A stretch of 64,000 nt of DNA from Camelus ferus (taxonomy: Eukaryota): the NCBI RefSeq assembly GCF_009834535.1, contig NC_045729.1, positions 17,112,001 to 17,176,000 on the forward strand, read 5' to 3'. How positions within the stretch are numbered: the first letter of the stretch is position 1; the number at the start of each line of letters is the position of its first letter. The notes beneath the pieces are model-generated. The model saw only the letters and a list, made by a program, of their open reading frames with translations, was not told where the DNA came from and did no database searches. Of this stretch, positions 1 through 10,742 are shown one piece after another. A program made the translations under genes and the position numbers.

Positions 1-98
1 CCTGGTGACCTGTGACCTGCCCCTGGTGCCTCCCTGTGCCGATGGCCTCCAGCTGATGCTGACCAATCCCGGCGAGTGTAGACCCAACTTCACCTGCG
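1..98 (+). CDS. VWF: VWF exon 41, 5'-truncated by the window edge: [32 protein letters not shown]
   Basis: Translation matches the recalled human VWF segment [29 protein letters not shown]. Phase-1 donor G|GTGAGT at 98/99. NFT sequon (human N2357) retained. Confidence 0.97.
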
Positions 99-1196
99 GT
101 GAGTCCGCCCTCCGCAGACGGGGAGGGTGGGGTGCGGTCCCTCTCTCCTGTCCTGTGTCTTGTGAGCTGACTCTGGGCTGGGGGTGTGTCTGGAGCAGAA
201 GGGGCGAGATCACACCTGCCCGGAACCCTCTGAGAACCTCCCAGCTGCTGCTGCAATGACGGGGCCCCGAGTGTGGGCGCGGTGACAGGCTCCCCGCTCT
301 TGGGCCGTATGAGGAGGCAGCGGGCCCGTGACGAGGTCTCCATTTACTCCCATCCTCCCTCCCGGAGGCCACGGAGCAGAGGGCGTGTTCCTGCGGTTTG
401 TCTTCATCACTGGATCTTATTCCCAAACAAATTTGTAGATTTTTCTCCCTCTGTATGTTTGTGTATTTGATTTCTAAATACTGCAATGTAAGCATTGGGA
501 TGGACTAAAGGCAGACATGCTAAGAAACCGAATTCTATCCAAATTTAGCTACCGAGAACACCCTCCTCTTGTCCTGTGGATTTAGATGCTCACCTGAGTC
601 CCTAGATGCACGCCCTCAAGTGGGGGCCAGCACGGTGTGTTTGAAGGAGGCTGGGGACAGGCAGGCGCAGGGCGGGATTCGGCCTTGATAACGTGACATT
701 GCGGATTGGACAGGATCGCTGTCTTTCTTTCATTCAACGTTGCTGGAGGACCTGAAGCTGTAGGGTGTCACTGCTGTAGCTGCTAGGGTGGGGACAGGGT
801 CACGCAAGCCGCCAGCCTGTGCGAACACCAGCCGGCACCTGCGTGCCCAGCCTCTCTGGTCTTAGGGACTCCATGTCTGGCACCTGTGGGAGTCCACAGC
901 TGGAAGGACCCAGCTGGGAGACAGTGGAGGGGGCACTGAGCAGCCTTCACCTCTCCTCCATCAAACTAGCCTCACATTTCTCCTACTGATTAATGTCCTT
1001 ATTTTCCTGCAGACGAGCTGGTTTTCAGTATGACTGGTTGAATATCCCGCAGCTTCTGAGCAGGGCTCGCGCGCATTTCAGATTTAATGTCCAGGAGCTA
1101 GAGTTCCCTGGGACCTTTCGCTGAACACTTGGGAACCCGGGCTGAGTGCCGTGCCCAGTGTGCAGGACCAGGGCATCACCTCATGCCGCCCCTCAG

Positions 1197-1402
1197 CTTG
1201 CAGGAAGGAGGAGTGCCAAACGGGGCCCCCGCCCTCCTGTCCCCCGCACCGGACACCAGCCCTTCGGAAGACCCAGTGCTGCGAGGAGTACGAGTGTGCT
1301 TGTAACTGCGTCAGCTCCACCGTGAGCTGCCCACTGGGCTACCTGGCCTCGGCCCTCACCAACGACTGCGGCTGCACCATGACCACCTGCCTCCCTGACA
1401 AG
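1197..1402 (+). CDS. VWF: VWF exon 42 (206 nt): [69 protein letters not shown]
   Basis: Acceptor cctcAG at 1195-1196, donor AAG|GTAGGG. Length equals human exon 42 as recalled. All Cys conserved. Confidence 0.98.
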
Positions 1403-2169
1403 GTAGGGGCTGCTCACCTCTGGCTGGCAGATGGCCAGACACCTGCTCCTCCTGGAAGATTTGCCTCCCTGCCTGAACCGAGTGCTGTGTGGCCTGGCGG
1501 GGGCACAGTCAGCATTCCGCCTCAGCCTGAACGGAGGTCCGGTTAGCTCAGGAGGTAATTGCAGAGGGTCTGCTCTGCTCTCAGCATGGCCAGGCGCTGA
1601 GGTGACAAACAAGGTACAAGACGTGATCCTCACTTAAAGAACTTCTCTGTAGGTTAACTAAGGAAATAATATGATCGCTTGCATTATTTAGAGACTAGCT
1701 AATGCTCATTTGTTAATTTCTATCTACCCATCCATCCAATATTTACTGAGCAGCTTCAACCACTCCTGATGGGACAGAGGGCTATGCGTGGGTGCGTTCC
1801 ATGTCCAAGGACATTACTGGGTCTGAGAATTAGGGTACCACTCTCCATGTGACACAGGAAGAGGTTAAATGCAGTTAAGGCAGCAGTGAAAGTGGATCGA
1901 GGCAGCCCGTGTGTTAAGTCCCCGCTCAGTGGGCCGCGGAGGACTCACAGGGGGCCACTCCCGGGAGACTGGAGATGGCCTGTCTATGGCTCCTGGGCTG
2001 GAGAGGGATGAGGGCAAAATCTGCTGCATAAGCCACCCATAAGCCTCCCTCCATGTGGGCAGAGACCACGTTGTTTCGTTTATGGCTGTGTTCTCAGCGC
2101 CTGGGTGGCTTCCCACACGTGGTTGGTGCTTCCTGAGTGCGGGCACTCATGGGAACCCCGTGTCCGCAG

Positions 2170-2319
2170 GTGTGCGTCCACCAAGGCACCGTCTACCCCG
2201 TGGGCCAGTTCTGGGAGGAGGGCTGTGACGTGTGCACCTGCACTGACCTGGAGGATGCGGTGATGGGTCTCCGTGTGGTCCAGTGCTCTCAGAAGCCCTG
2301 CGAAGACAGCTGCCAGCCG
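2170..2319 (+). CDS. VWF: VWF exon 43 (150 nt): [50 protein letters not shown]
   Basis: Acceptor cgcAG at 2168-2169, donor CCG|GTGAGG, phase 0-0. VWC-domain Cys pattern. Confidence 0.98.
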
Positions 2320-4874
2320 GTGAGGGGGGCAGAGGGGCTGGCACAGTGTGGGGCAAGGGGACTGGGAAGTAGGGGAGGAGTCCCAGGAACGGGCAGGAGG
2401 GCCCCTTTAGTAATCTCTGGTTCAGGCCCAGAGGTGGGGGTGAGGAGGGGGTGGGGCTGGGTGAGAGGAAGGAGCCCGAGGAGAGGGCTGCGGGCTCTGC
2501 CCTCTGTGATTCGGCCCTTGGCTGATGGCCACGCCTGCTGCATGGCCTCGAGTCCAGAGGCCTGGGGAGCTGATTTACGCGGAGACGTGGATTAACTGCC
2601 TAGAAAAGGGGGCTTGATTTTTTTCCCCTCTCTCTTCTCCCTTCAGAAGAGATCTTTCTCTCTAAGGAGAAACTTTAGATCTAAACCTAGTACGGACATA
2701 TGTTCTGGATTTTCTGAGACTGTCGCAGCGTCAGTGGGCCATAGCGTTTCTATGTGACCTGGTGATTTTTCAGACCGTGTTTATAATCGGAGGTACTGAA
2801 GCCAAGGCATGTTTATAAGTGGAGGTATAATTTGGGGGTTTTAACCCCTGAGCTCAGTTTTTAATTCTTCTGGTCGTGGCCCGCCCCCAAAGCTCCCGCG
2901 TGTCCTGGGCACTTTATTCCTACACGTTAAAGAGTGAGCAGACTGGAGAACAGGAGCAGGCGTCTGCGGGGGGGACTGTGGGCCGAATTCCGCTTGCTGG
3001 TTTAATGCTGTTATTGTTACTGTTACTGTGTGATTATCAGTAGACGACGATGATAAAGGAAGGCCAGGCGGGGCAGGCAGGTCCACGCACCTTGTGGTGG
3101 GGACGCCCCTGGTGCTGTTTTGGAAGCGTGTGTGGCTTGGCGATGGGCGGGACGGAGGGCCTGAGATCCAGGCCAAAAATGGGGGGGTCCATTCAGTTCA
3201 TCTCCTTTGCTGGTACTGAGAGGAGCGGGGTTGCCAGGCACCCTTGGGAGCAGATGACGCTGTGGTATCCAGATGTGCCTTGTGAGAACGCCGAGTTTTG
3301 GAAACCCATCCATCTCCTCCCACCGGCCACGGGAGGCAAGGGAAATACGCTGTCAGGAAAAGAGTGCATGTTTAGAGGCCGTTTTTGTAAAACTGGCACC
3401 CAGTGTATTTTGTGCAGTTTTGATTGCAGAGAACACAGAGCACTCAAGCTGGTTAAAATGCAAAGGGGATTAACGGGGAAGGCAGGGGCCCCTCAGAAAC
3501 GGACCGGGGGTGTGTGGGTGCACACCACGGTTGTACACATTTTCTCTCCCTCTGTCCCGTGAGGCCCTGTCTCTGCTTCTCTGTCCATTCGGCCGGCTCC
3601 TTCCTGCAGGCCAGGGAGGAGGCTTCACTTTCCCGCAAATTCCATTTGCACGTGGCTTTACTGAGCCTGGACTTCAGCGCATCGTGGCTTTTCAGACCCC
3701 GAAGGCATCCGTGCCTTGGCCCTGTGCTCCCCCGTGGCTGTTTCTCTCGTGGCATCTTGTTTATCCCGCCTGTAGAAGATGGTGTGTAGACCGTGCCATC
3801 CTGATTGGTTGGCTCCTCCAGAGTTGCTAGGACATCACAGAGGTGCGAATCGTGACTAGAGCTCAGCAGATAACAGACCGAGGACAGCTCACCGGGTGCC
3901 GCTCTGACGTGGCTTGGGCTGTAAGCAGGTCCCATGGAGACAGCGTGAAGTCGAGCCAGGTCTCTGGGGCCTCGCGCTCCGAGGCACCAGCCGAGATGAC
4001 ACCAAGTGCTGTGTGCGTCTCCGGACTTGGCCCTGCTTGTGGATGTGCTTGGGGACCAGAGTGGGCTCGGCTCCCCTGCGCTGTCCTGAGCAGCTGCAGA
4101 CACCCCTTCTCTTCAGGATGCAGTGCGGCCCTGGGTTCCCGCCCGGCCCTGGGTTCCCGCCCTTTGGCCCCTGGGACTCCCTCACCCGCCATTGCTTTGC
4201 CTGTTCTTTGTACGTGGCTTCAGTCTTCAGTAGAAGGTTTCAATCCAAGTTCCCAATGCTTTGGCCGGATTGGAGGACCTCCAAGAGGCAAGAGAGCCTG
4301 GCCGACTTCACACTTGTAGGATGCTGGTCTCTCTGGCAGGCTTTCTAGGGAAGGTTGGTCTCTTCTCCCTGTGCCCTGTAATCTATCAGGCAGATGTCAG
4401 GTAGCCAGCTGGGGAAACTCAGCTCTGCACGCTGGGCAGAGGTGTGGGGTCATCTCGTACAGGCAGTGAGCCCTGTTAGGGCAGAGTCCAGACCCCAGGC
4501 ATCATGCATGCTCTCCCCATCAGTGCGGGGCCTGGATTTGGGCCGTCGTCAACGTCAGCTCAGCTCGCCCACTGCTGCCGAGTGTGCGCTGAGCTGTCTT
4601 CAAGATGCCTGTGGCCTGGCTTTTGGCCTTAAGTGGAAGTTTTTGGAGGGCAGGGCTGTGTCTCTTCAGCAGGTGCAGGAGCTGCAGTGACTCCGTGGTT
4701 GACGCTTCCTGACCACTTGGCACGTCCGTGAGGCTGGCGGAGGACAGAGATGCAAACATCCGGTCCCGCTGGCTCTCTGCAAGCCCCGGGCTCCGTCCAC
4801 CTGCCGATGGGACAAGCACGCCTGTGTTTGTGTGGCCGGCCTGTCCTGACTCTCTGCCCTTCGTGTTTTTCCAG

Positions 4875-4985
4875 GGCTTCGATTACATCCTGCACGAAGG
4901 CGAGTGCTGCGGCAGGTGCCTGCCGTCTGCCTGCGAGGTGATGATCGGCTCACTGCGGGGGGACTACCATTCTTCCTGGAAGAGT
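4875..4985 (+). CDS. VWF: VWF exon 44 (111 nt), integrin-binding RGD exon: [37 protein letters not shown]
   Basis: Acceptor ttttccAG at 4873-4874, donor AGT|GTAGGT. RGD at 4956-4964. Confidence 0.98.
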
Positions 4986-7110
4986 GTAGGTCTGGGTCCC
5001 GGGGTAGGGGGAGGAAGATGGCAGTGCCCTCACCAGCATGGCTGTCCATCCAAGGTCTAGTACTGGCCTGGATCCTGTCTGTAAAACAGAAGCATGGTCC
5101 CTGCTGTTTGCTTTTCCAGCAGGGAGTTTGATCTGGCTGTTGGTTCATCCAGATGCCAGCTGGGATCTCCGTGCTCCTGGGGAGCTTGCTCACGTTGCCC
5201 CTGACTTCCTGTCTTGTGGATTTCGGGAGAAGCCCAGTTCCCTCCCTCTGAGTTCTGGGAACCCCTGGGGGGTTATGTTCTCCTGTTTACCTGGGCACCT
5301 GAGGCCCTGCTCCCCGATGGCGGGCGCCCGGCATGCTGGGGGCCGGCCACTCCGCCACGCCTCACAGGCGGCCAGTGCTGCTGGCTGCGTGGTGCCCGGG
5401 CAGGTCCCTGCATTCTCACTGATTCCCGCTGGAGACATTCATCCCCCAGAGAAGCAAACAGCAGTCTTCTTCCCCGAGTCCCTGAGCTATTTCTGCATCT
5501 CTGGCTGTGGCACCTGACGGTGCTGGCAGCCCCCCGTCTCCCCGCCCTTGTCTCCTGCCAGGCCTCGCCCAGCCAGATTCCCTCCCCCAGAGCAGAGCAG
5601 TGGGGCTGCTCCTCATGGTCCTCAGGCTCTCGCTTTGGCTCTGGATGCTCATCAGGCCATTTTCTGAAACACAGAGGGTCCCTCCGCGGGTTTTAGTCCA
5701 GACGCCGGGAACATAGCAGGTCTTTTATCCTGGTCGCTGAGGACGATGTGGGAGGTGCCCGGCCCCAGAACCCGCAGGCAGTCAGGTATTGGGAGGTGTG
5801 AGATGCACCTGCAGGCCCTCCCCGTCTGTGTCCTCCAGTAAGACCCAGACACACTCTGTTCAGAAGGGGGCGGAGGGCACCTCTCCTGTCCTGGATGTGA
5901 CCATCTCCTACCCCGGGCCATCAGCCTTCTCCTCCTCCGTGAGTTTTCCTCAAGGCTCCCACCTCCTTCCTCGAATCCCGGTTACCTGTGGATTTATTCC
6001 CTGCCTGTGTCCCTCCTCCCCACCCTTTTAGCTTTTCTGCTCCCCATCCGTCCTGGAATCTGGCAGGTTTTGCCTCTCCTCCCCGGGTCAGAGGCCACTC
6101 CATCCTGGCGGAGGCTGACCGTTGGTCCCTTTTAGGTGCAGTTTCCTGCCCCCACCCCCCAGCCCCGGGCTCTCATGTCCCTCCAGGGCTCATTCAGCCC
6201 TGACCCGCGTCAGTGTGTATGGAAGAGTTTCCTTCCTCAGTTCAAGTTTCCATCTTACCTACAAGACTTGGGTGTCAGCAGTGGCTCTGCTGCTTCTGGG
6301 GGCTCAGGAGGGCCGACAGGAGTGGGTCAGGATGGGGCCCCTTGATGCAGCCTGTGTGCGAGGCTCAGCAGGTGCATGATCAGAGTGGGGTGCAGCCCGT
6401 GGAGGGAAGGTTTGCTCGGGGTGAGTCAGAAGTGGGGGTGAAAAGAGGGGCTGCAAGCGTGCAGCGCTCTGCTCCTCATCTGGAAGGAGGAAGGGGGCAG
6501 CGGCTGAGAGAAGTCGTCCGGGCCAGGTGCACCTGCTCCTGCGTCTGGGAGCCGACTTACACAGACCATGCTCCGGGCGCAGCCTCTGCAGGGACTTTTC
6601 TGAACTGTGTTCTGGACACTCGGTGCTCTCTGACTGTGCAGCCAGCCCTTGAGGGTCAGGCCACTCGTGTGCAGCCTGGAAGTTCAGGGGCAGATTGCAG
6701 GGCTGAGGGTCAGATGCCAGCATCCCGTCTCTCGCTGTCTCCCTGTACCAGAGGGCAGCAGCACGGGCTGGGTGGTGGGCTGGTTCCCCTCCACATCTCC
6801 CCTCCGCATTCCTGGTCACTCAGCTCACAGCTGGGCTGGGGGTGGGGGGAGGGTCCCCAGTGCTTCCTCCAGTGGTTGAAGAACCTATCCTGGGGGCACA
6901 TGTGACTCTGAGCTAGGATCTTGGTCAGAGCGACTCTGACCCAGACCGGGTGAGTGCCGGTCACCCCCACTGTGGGCTTCACCCTGTGGGCAGGGCTTAG
7001 CTGTTAAGCTGGGGCTCACCTCCAGGGCACAAACCGGCTCCTGAGGGAACAGCCCCCTCCCAGTGGGACCTTGGCCCCCTTCCCGACTGACCGCACTGCT
7101 CTGACTGCAG

Positions 7111-7291
7111 GTGGGCTCTCACTGGGTCTCCCCCGAGAACCCCTGCCTCATCCACGAGTGCGTCCAAGTCAAGGAGGAGGTCTTTGTGCAACAGAGGAAC
7201 GTCTCCTGCCCCCAGCTGGCCATCCCTACCTGCCCCCCTGGCTTCCAGCTGAGCTGCAATACCTCAGACTGTTGCCCCACCTGTCGCTGTG
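7111..7291 (+). CDS. VWF: VWF exon 45 (181 nt): [60 protein letters not shown]
   Basis: Acceptor ctgcAG at 7109-7110, phase-1 donor G|GTAAGA. NVS sequon (human N2546) retained. Confidence 0.98.
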
Positions 7292-7653
7292 GTAAGACAT
7301 GCGGCCTGGGCCCCGCAGTCAAGCCTCTCTTTCTACCAAGGACGCCCAGATCCTTGCCTGTTGGGCAACTCAGGGAAATGGGCAGGATCAGATCTCCCCA
7401 TCTGTCCCTGAGGCTTTGGGGAGAAAGCAGATAAGACGAGGGAGATAAGACAATGTCCTGAAGGTCATCACTGTGCCCCAGCTGGCTTTGTACCTTGTCT
7501 CATGTCATCGTCACGGCAGCCCCGCGAGGTGGGTACCGGTGTGCTTCCCTTCACTCCCACGAGTGGTGCAGCTGGGACCGGACCCCGGCTTCTTGATTCT
7601 AGAGACACCTTCTCAGTCATCCTGCTGGGGAAGGTGTTCCAACTGCCTGTCCG

Positions 7654-7743
7654 CAACCCCACCAACCAACCAACCAACCAACCAACCAAACAACCAATCA
7701 ACCAATCAACCAACCAACCAACCAACCCATCAACCAACAACCC
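7654..7743. repeat. Imperfect (AACC)n tetranucleotide microsatellite, VWF intron 45
   Basis: About 22 units read directly, with AATC and AAAC interruptions. Confidence 0.95.
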
Positions 7744-8104
7744 GCAGCAGCAGACAGCTCTCAGCACCACCTGCTCTGAAGTCTTTGTGTGATTTTATCT
7801 TGGGACTTAGTTTCCAAAGTAGAATTTCATTCTTTCATGAGCCCAGACATCCTCCCACTCACCCCTTAAGTGGGAATCATTTAGACAACTGCCCTCCCCT
7901 TGAGGACTCCAGGGTGGGGAGCAGGCAGCAGTCCTTCCTCAGCGAGGCCACTTGGGCTCTGGCAGCAGGACCCACGGTGCCTGGCGTGAGCCGGAGGGGG
8001 ACAACCGGCAGATGGCGGAGGGGGCCCAGCTGGGAGGAGCGCCGGGTGGTGGGTTTTCCCGGGTGTGTCCTGCACACTCATGCCCTGTGCCCCTTTCTCC
8101 CCAG

Positions 8105-8145
8105 AGCCCACAGAGGCCTGCATACTCAACGACACCATCATTGGG
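8105..8145 (+). CDS. VWF: VWF exon 46 (41 nt): (E)PTEACILNDTIIG
   Basis: Polypyrimidine tract plus cAG at 8103-8104, donor GGG|GTAAGC. Not on the ORF track in this frame; found by homology to human ERMEACMLNGTVIG. NDT sequon (human N2585) retained. Confidence 0.96.
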
Positions 8146-8648
8146 GTAAGCTGCCGCCTTCTCCAGGGCGGGCTGGGGGGCAGGCACAGGGTGCTGGGGG
8201 AAGGGTGTCATTATGAAGTGGAATGAAAGGAACCAGGGAGACCTAACCCACCCTCACTTTCCCGTCCTCCAGGGCTTTGCAGGCATCCTGGAGCCCACCC
8301 CCTAACTCCCCGGGGCCAGGGCCCTGCTGCCGAGCACTCACCTCCCGGCCCCGACCCCAGGCACGCGAGCATTCCTTCTGTGCATGTTTCATCCTGTCCC
8401 CTCTCCCGTTGCCCCGGATCCCTCTCCGCCGTGAAAGCTCCTGCTCTCCCCAGCGCCATCTTTGAGAGGGGAGGGTGGGGAAGGGAGAGGGCCACTTGGG
8501 ACAGGAGGAGAATCCGGGTGATAACTCGAGGCAGCTTTGGGCAGCCGGGCTCCCATACCTGAGGCAGATGGCTTACGGGACGGAGGGCAGTGGGAGGGTT
8601 AGGGGTCGGGAAGCCTGGGAAGCCTGACCCTGGTCCCTCTCCTTCCAG

Positions 8649-8765
8649 CCCGGGAAGAGTCTGATGGTTGATGTGTGCACGACTTGCAGCTGCGCCGTCC
8701 AGGAGGGGGTCGTCTCCGGGTTCAAGCTGGAATGCAGGAAGACGACCTGCGAGCCCTGCCCCCTG
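8649..8765 (+). CDS. VWF: VWF exon 47 (117 nt): [39 protein letters not shown]
   Basis: Acceptor cttccAG at 8647-8648, donor CTG|GTGAGA. Confidence 0.98.
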
Positions 8766-9912
8766 GTGAGAGAGGGTCATCGGGAGCCCAGGGGTGGGCT
8801 GGGTACTTGTGGGACCCAGGCAGTGGGACCTCACTGGGGTCTTTACATAAAAGCGTTCGTGATTTTTCTGATGATGAACGTTATTTGACAACTGTAATGA
8901 AGAGACTAAAAGTCACCTACGCAAATTGCATTTCTCAGAAGTAATTACAATTTAGTTTTGCCAATGTGAAACATTTTCTTCCTGTGTTTTTAAATAACAC
9001 AGTGTTTGCAAGGCTGGTGACACCGTATTTGCAGTTCCGTAGTCTCTTCTGCACAGCGTCTTGAAGGGCACCATTACCACTCTTAGAAAGCGTTAAAAAT
9101 GAAAGCCAACAGCTATTTATCACACTTACTAATTAGCCCACAAATGCTCACCAGATGCTGCTATGTGCAGAGTTTTACACAGCATTCCTCAGAGCGGGTC
9201 TGTCTCAACGTATATTATTGGGCATTGAGTTGGTTTGAAATAGTTTGCCCTGTTTGTGCCAGGTCACGATGACTGCGTTTGCTCTGAACACCTCCTGAGG
9301 GCAGGTTCTGGGAGGTGAAATCGTCATTTTCTGGTTTGGTAGGTGAAAGGCACATCTCCGTAATCGTGACTTAGCCCCACCTCGCAGAGCTGGCTGAACG
9401 CCCGGGGGGACGCCTCGGGTTCTTTGGCAAGCTGCCCTCTGTGTTGGGAGCTCCTGCTGTTTTAGAAAATGCAGTAGGTTGGATGAGTGTCCTGTGAGCT
9501 GGGTGCACAGAAAGCAGTAATGGTTCTTTCAGACGGTCAGGCAGCGGGCGGGGTCTGGGCGGAGCCCCGGGAGGCATCCTTCACCAGGGGGGCTGCAGAG
9601 CGGCCAGCGAGGCGGGGACCCCGGGGCGGCGGGCAGGGGCGAGGCGCGCCGGTGCTGGGGTGCTGTACGCGCTCGACGACAAGGGGATCTCCTGCTTCTC
9701 TGCTCTTCCTGGCGCTTGGCGCCGAGTCGTGCTCCAAGTAGGGGCTCAGTAACACACACGGGGGTGAAGGGGCCCACAGGAGACAAGGCCGTTTCTCATA
9801 CAATGGTCCAAGGAGAACATTCCTGCCTCAATTAGAAAGAAGCCAGCTGAGTGTGTGTTTTTCCTTTTTTTTTTTTAAATCCCAGGTGTTTTAGGGTTTT
9901 GGGTGCAGCTGA

Positions 9913-9940
<28 letters not shown>
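9913..9940. repeat. (GT)14 microsatellite, VWF intron 47
   Basis: Read directly. Confidence 0.97.
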
Positions 9941-9944
<4 letters not shown>

Positions 9945-10100
9945 AACAAGCCCCCTAGATACATCTGGGCTTGAATATGGGATGAAATGATGCTGTCTGG
10001 AGTCTGTGGCATCCCTTTACCCCGGGTGTCCATCAAACTACCACAGATGCAGGAGGCCCACCAAGCCGTCCTACCCGAGAGCTTTCCGTGAACTCTCTGC

Positions 10101-10119
10101 TGGCGCCCTCTGGTGGTCA
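10101..10119 (-). promoter_or_regulatory. Strong CTCF consensus site, VWF intron 47
   Basis: Reverse complement TGACCACCAGAGGGCGCCA versus consensus TGGCCACCAGGGGGCGCTA. Occupancy not shown. Confidence 0.7.
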
Positions 10120-10714
10120 GAGTGTGGCACGGCCACCTCCTCTGCGTCCACAGAAACCCAGTTTTAGAATCCAAACTAGATGTGGGTTTCTAAATATTTT
10201 AAAATCCACGGCCCCTTTAGGTCTGTGTCCACTTCCTCCTTTCCCCCAAAGTTCTGATGTCTCCCCAGGACGGTGCACTCACTTCCTCCCTCCTGAGAGC
10301 CCCCACCTCGGGCCTCCTGTGGCCCTCTCCACCTTGGCTGAGCACTGCCTCAGATGCCCCGCTTCCCGCTCAGCGTCCTCACCTGGTCTTGTCACGCTCC
10401 TCTGCTGTGAGGAGCCCCCGCAGGTGGGGAGCTGGGGTGAGCCAGGGTTAGGCAGGTCTGCTTGAACTGCCGACGTCACAGGGAAGTGTCAGCAGCACCA
10501 GAGGGGCGGTCCTCTGTCTCCTCCCAGGGGAGGCCAGCCGATGGTGTTTGTGCTGGTGGCGGTAGCAACGTTTCCTGACTGGGAATACTGAGAAGGCCTC
10601 CCCGAGGAGGAGGACCGTGGGCTGACCTTGAGCAGTGGGTTGAGTCAGGAGGCTCTCCCAGAAGAGGGGATGGGGCCAGACTGGCAAATGAAGCAGGAGT
10701 TAGAAAAAGGCAGC

Positions 10715-10742
10715 GGGGGTGGGGGTGGGGGTGGGGGTGGGG
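10715..10742 (+). repeat. (GGGGGT)4GGGG repeat with G-quadruplex potential
   Basis: Five G-runs of 4-5 separated by single T. Confidence 0.9.

Noticed and set aside
1197-1203. Alternative acceptor TGCAG 7 nt inside VWF exon 42
   Set aside because: Its use would cause a frameshift, and the upstream AG gives the expected 206-nt exon.
7473-8216. 247-aa ORF with PTNQ repeats resembling a mucin or surface protein
   Set aside because: The repeats are the translated (AACC)n microsatellite in VWF intron 45.
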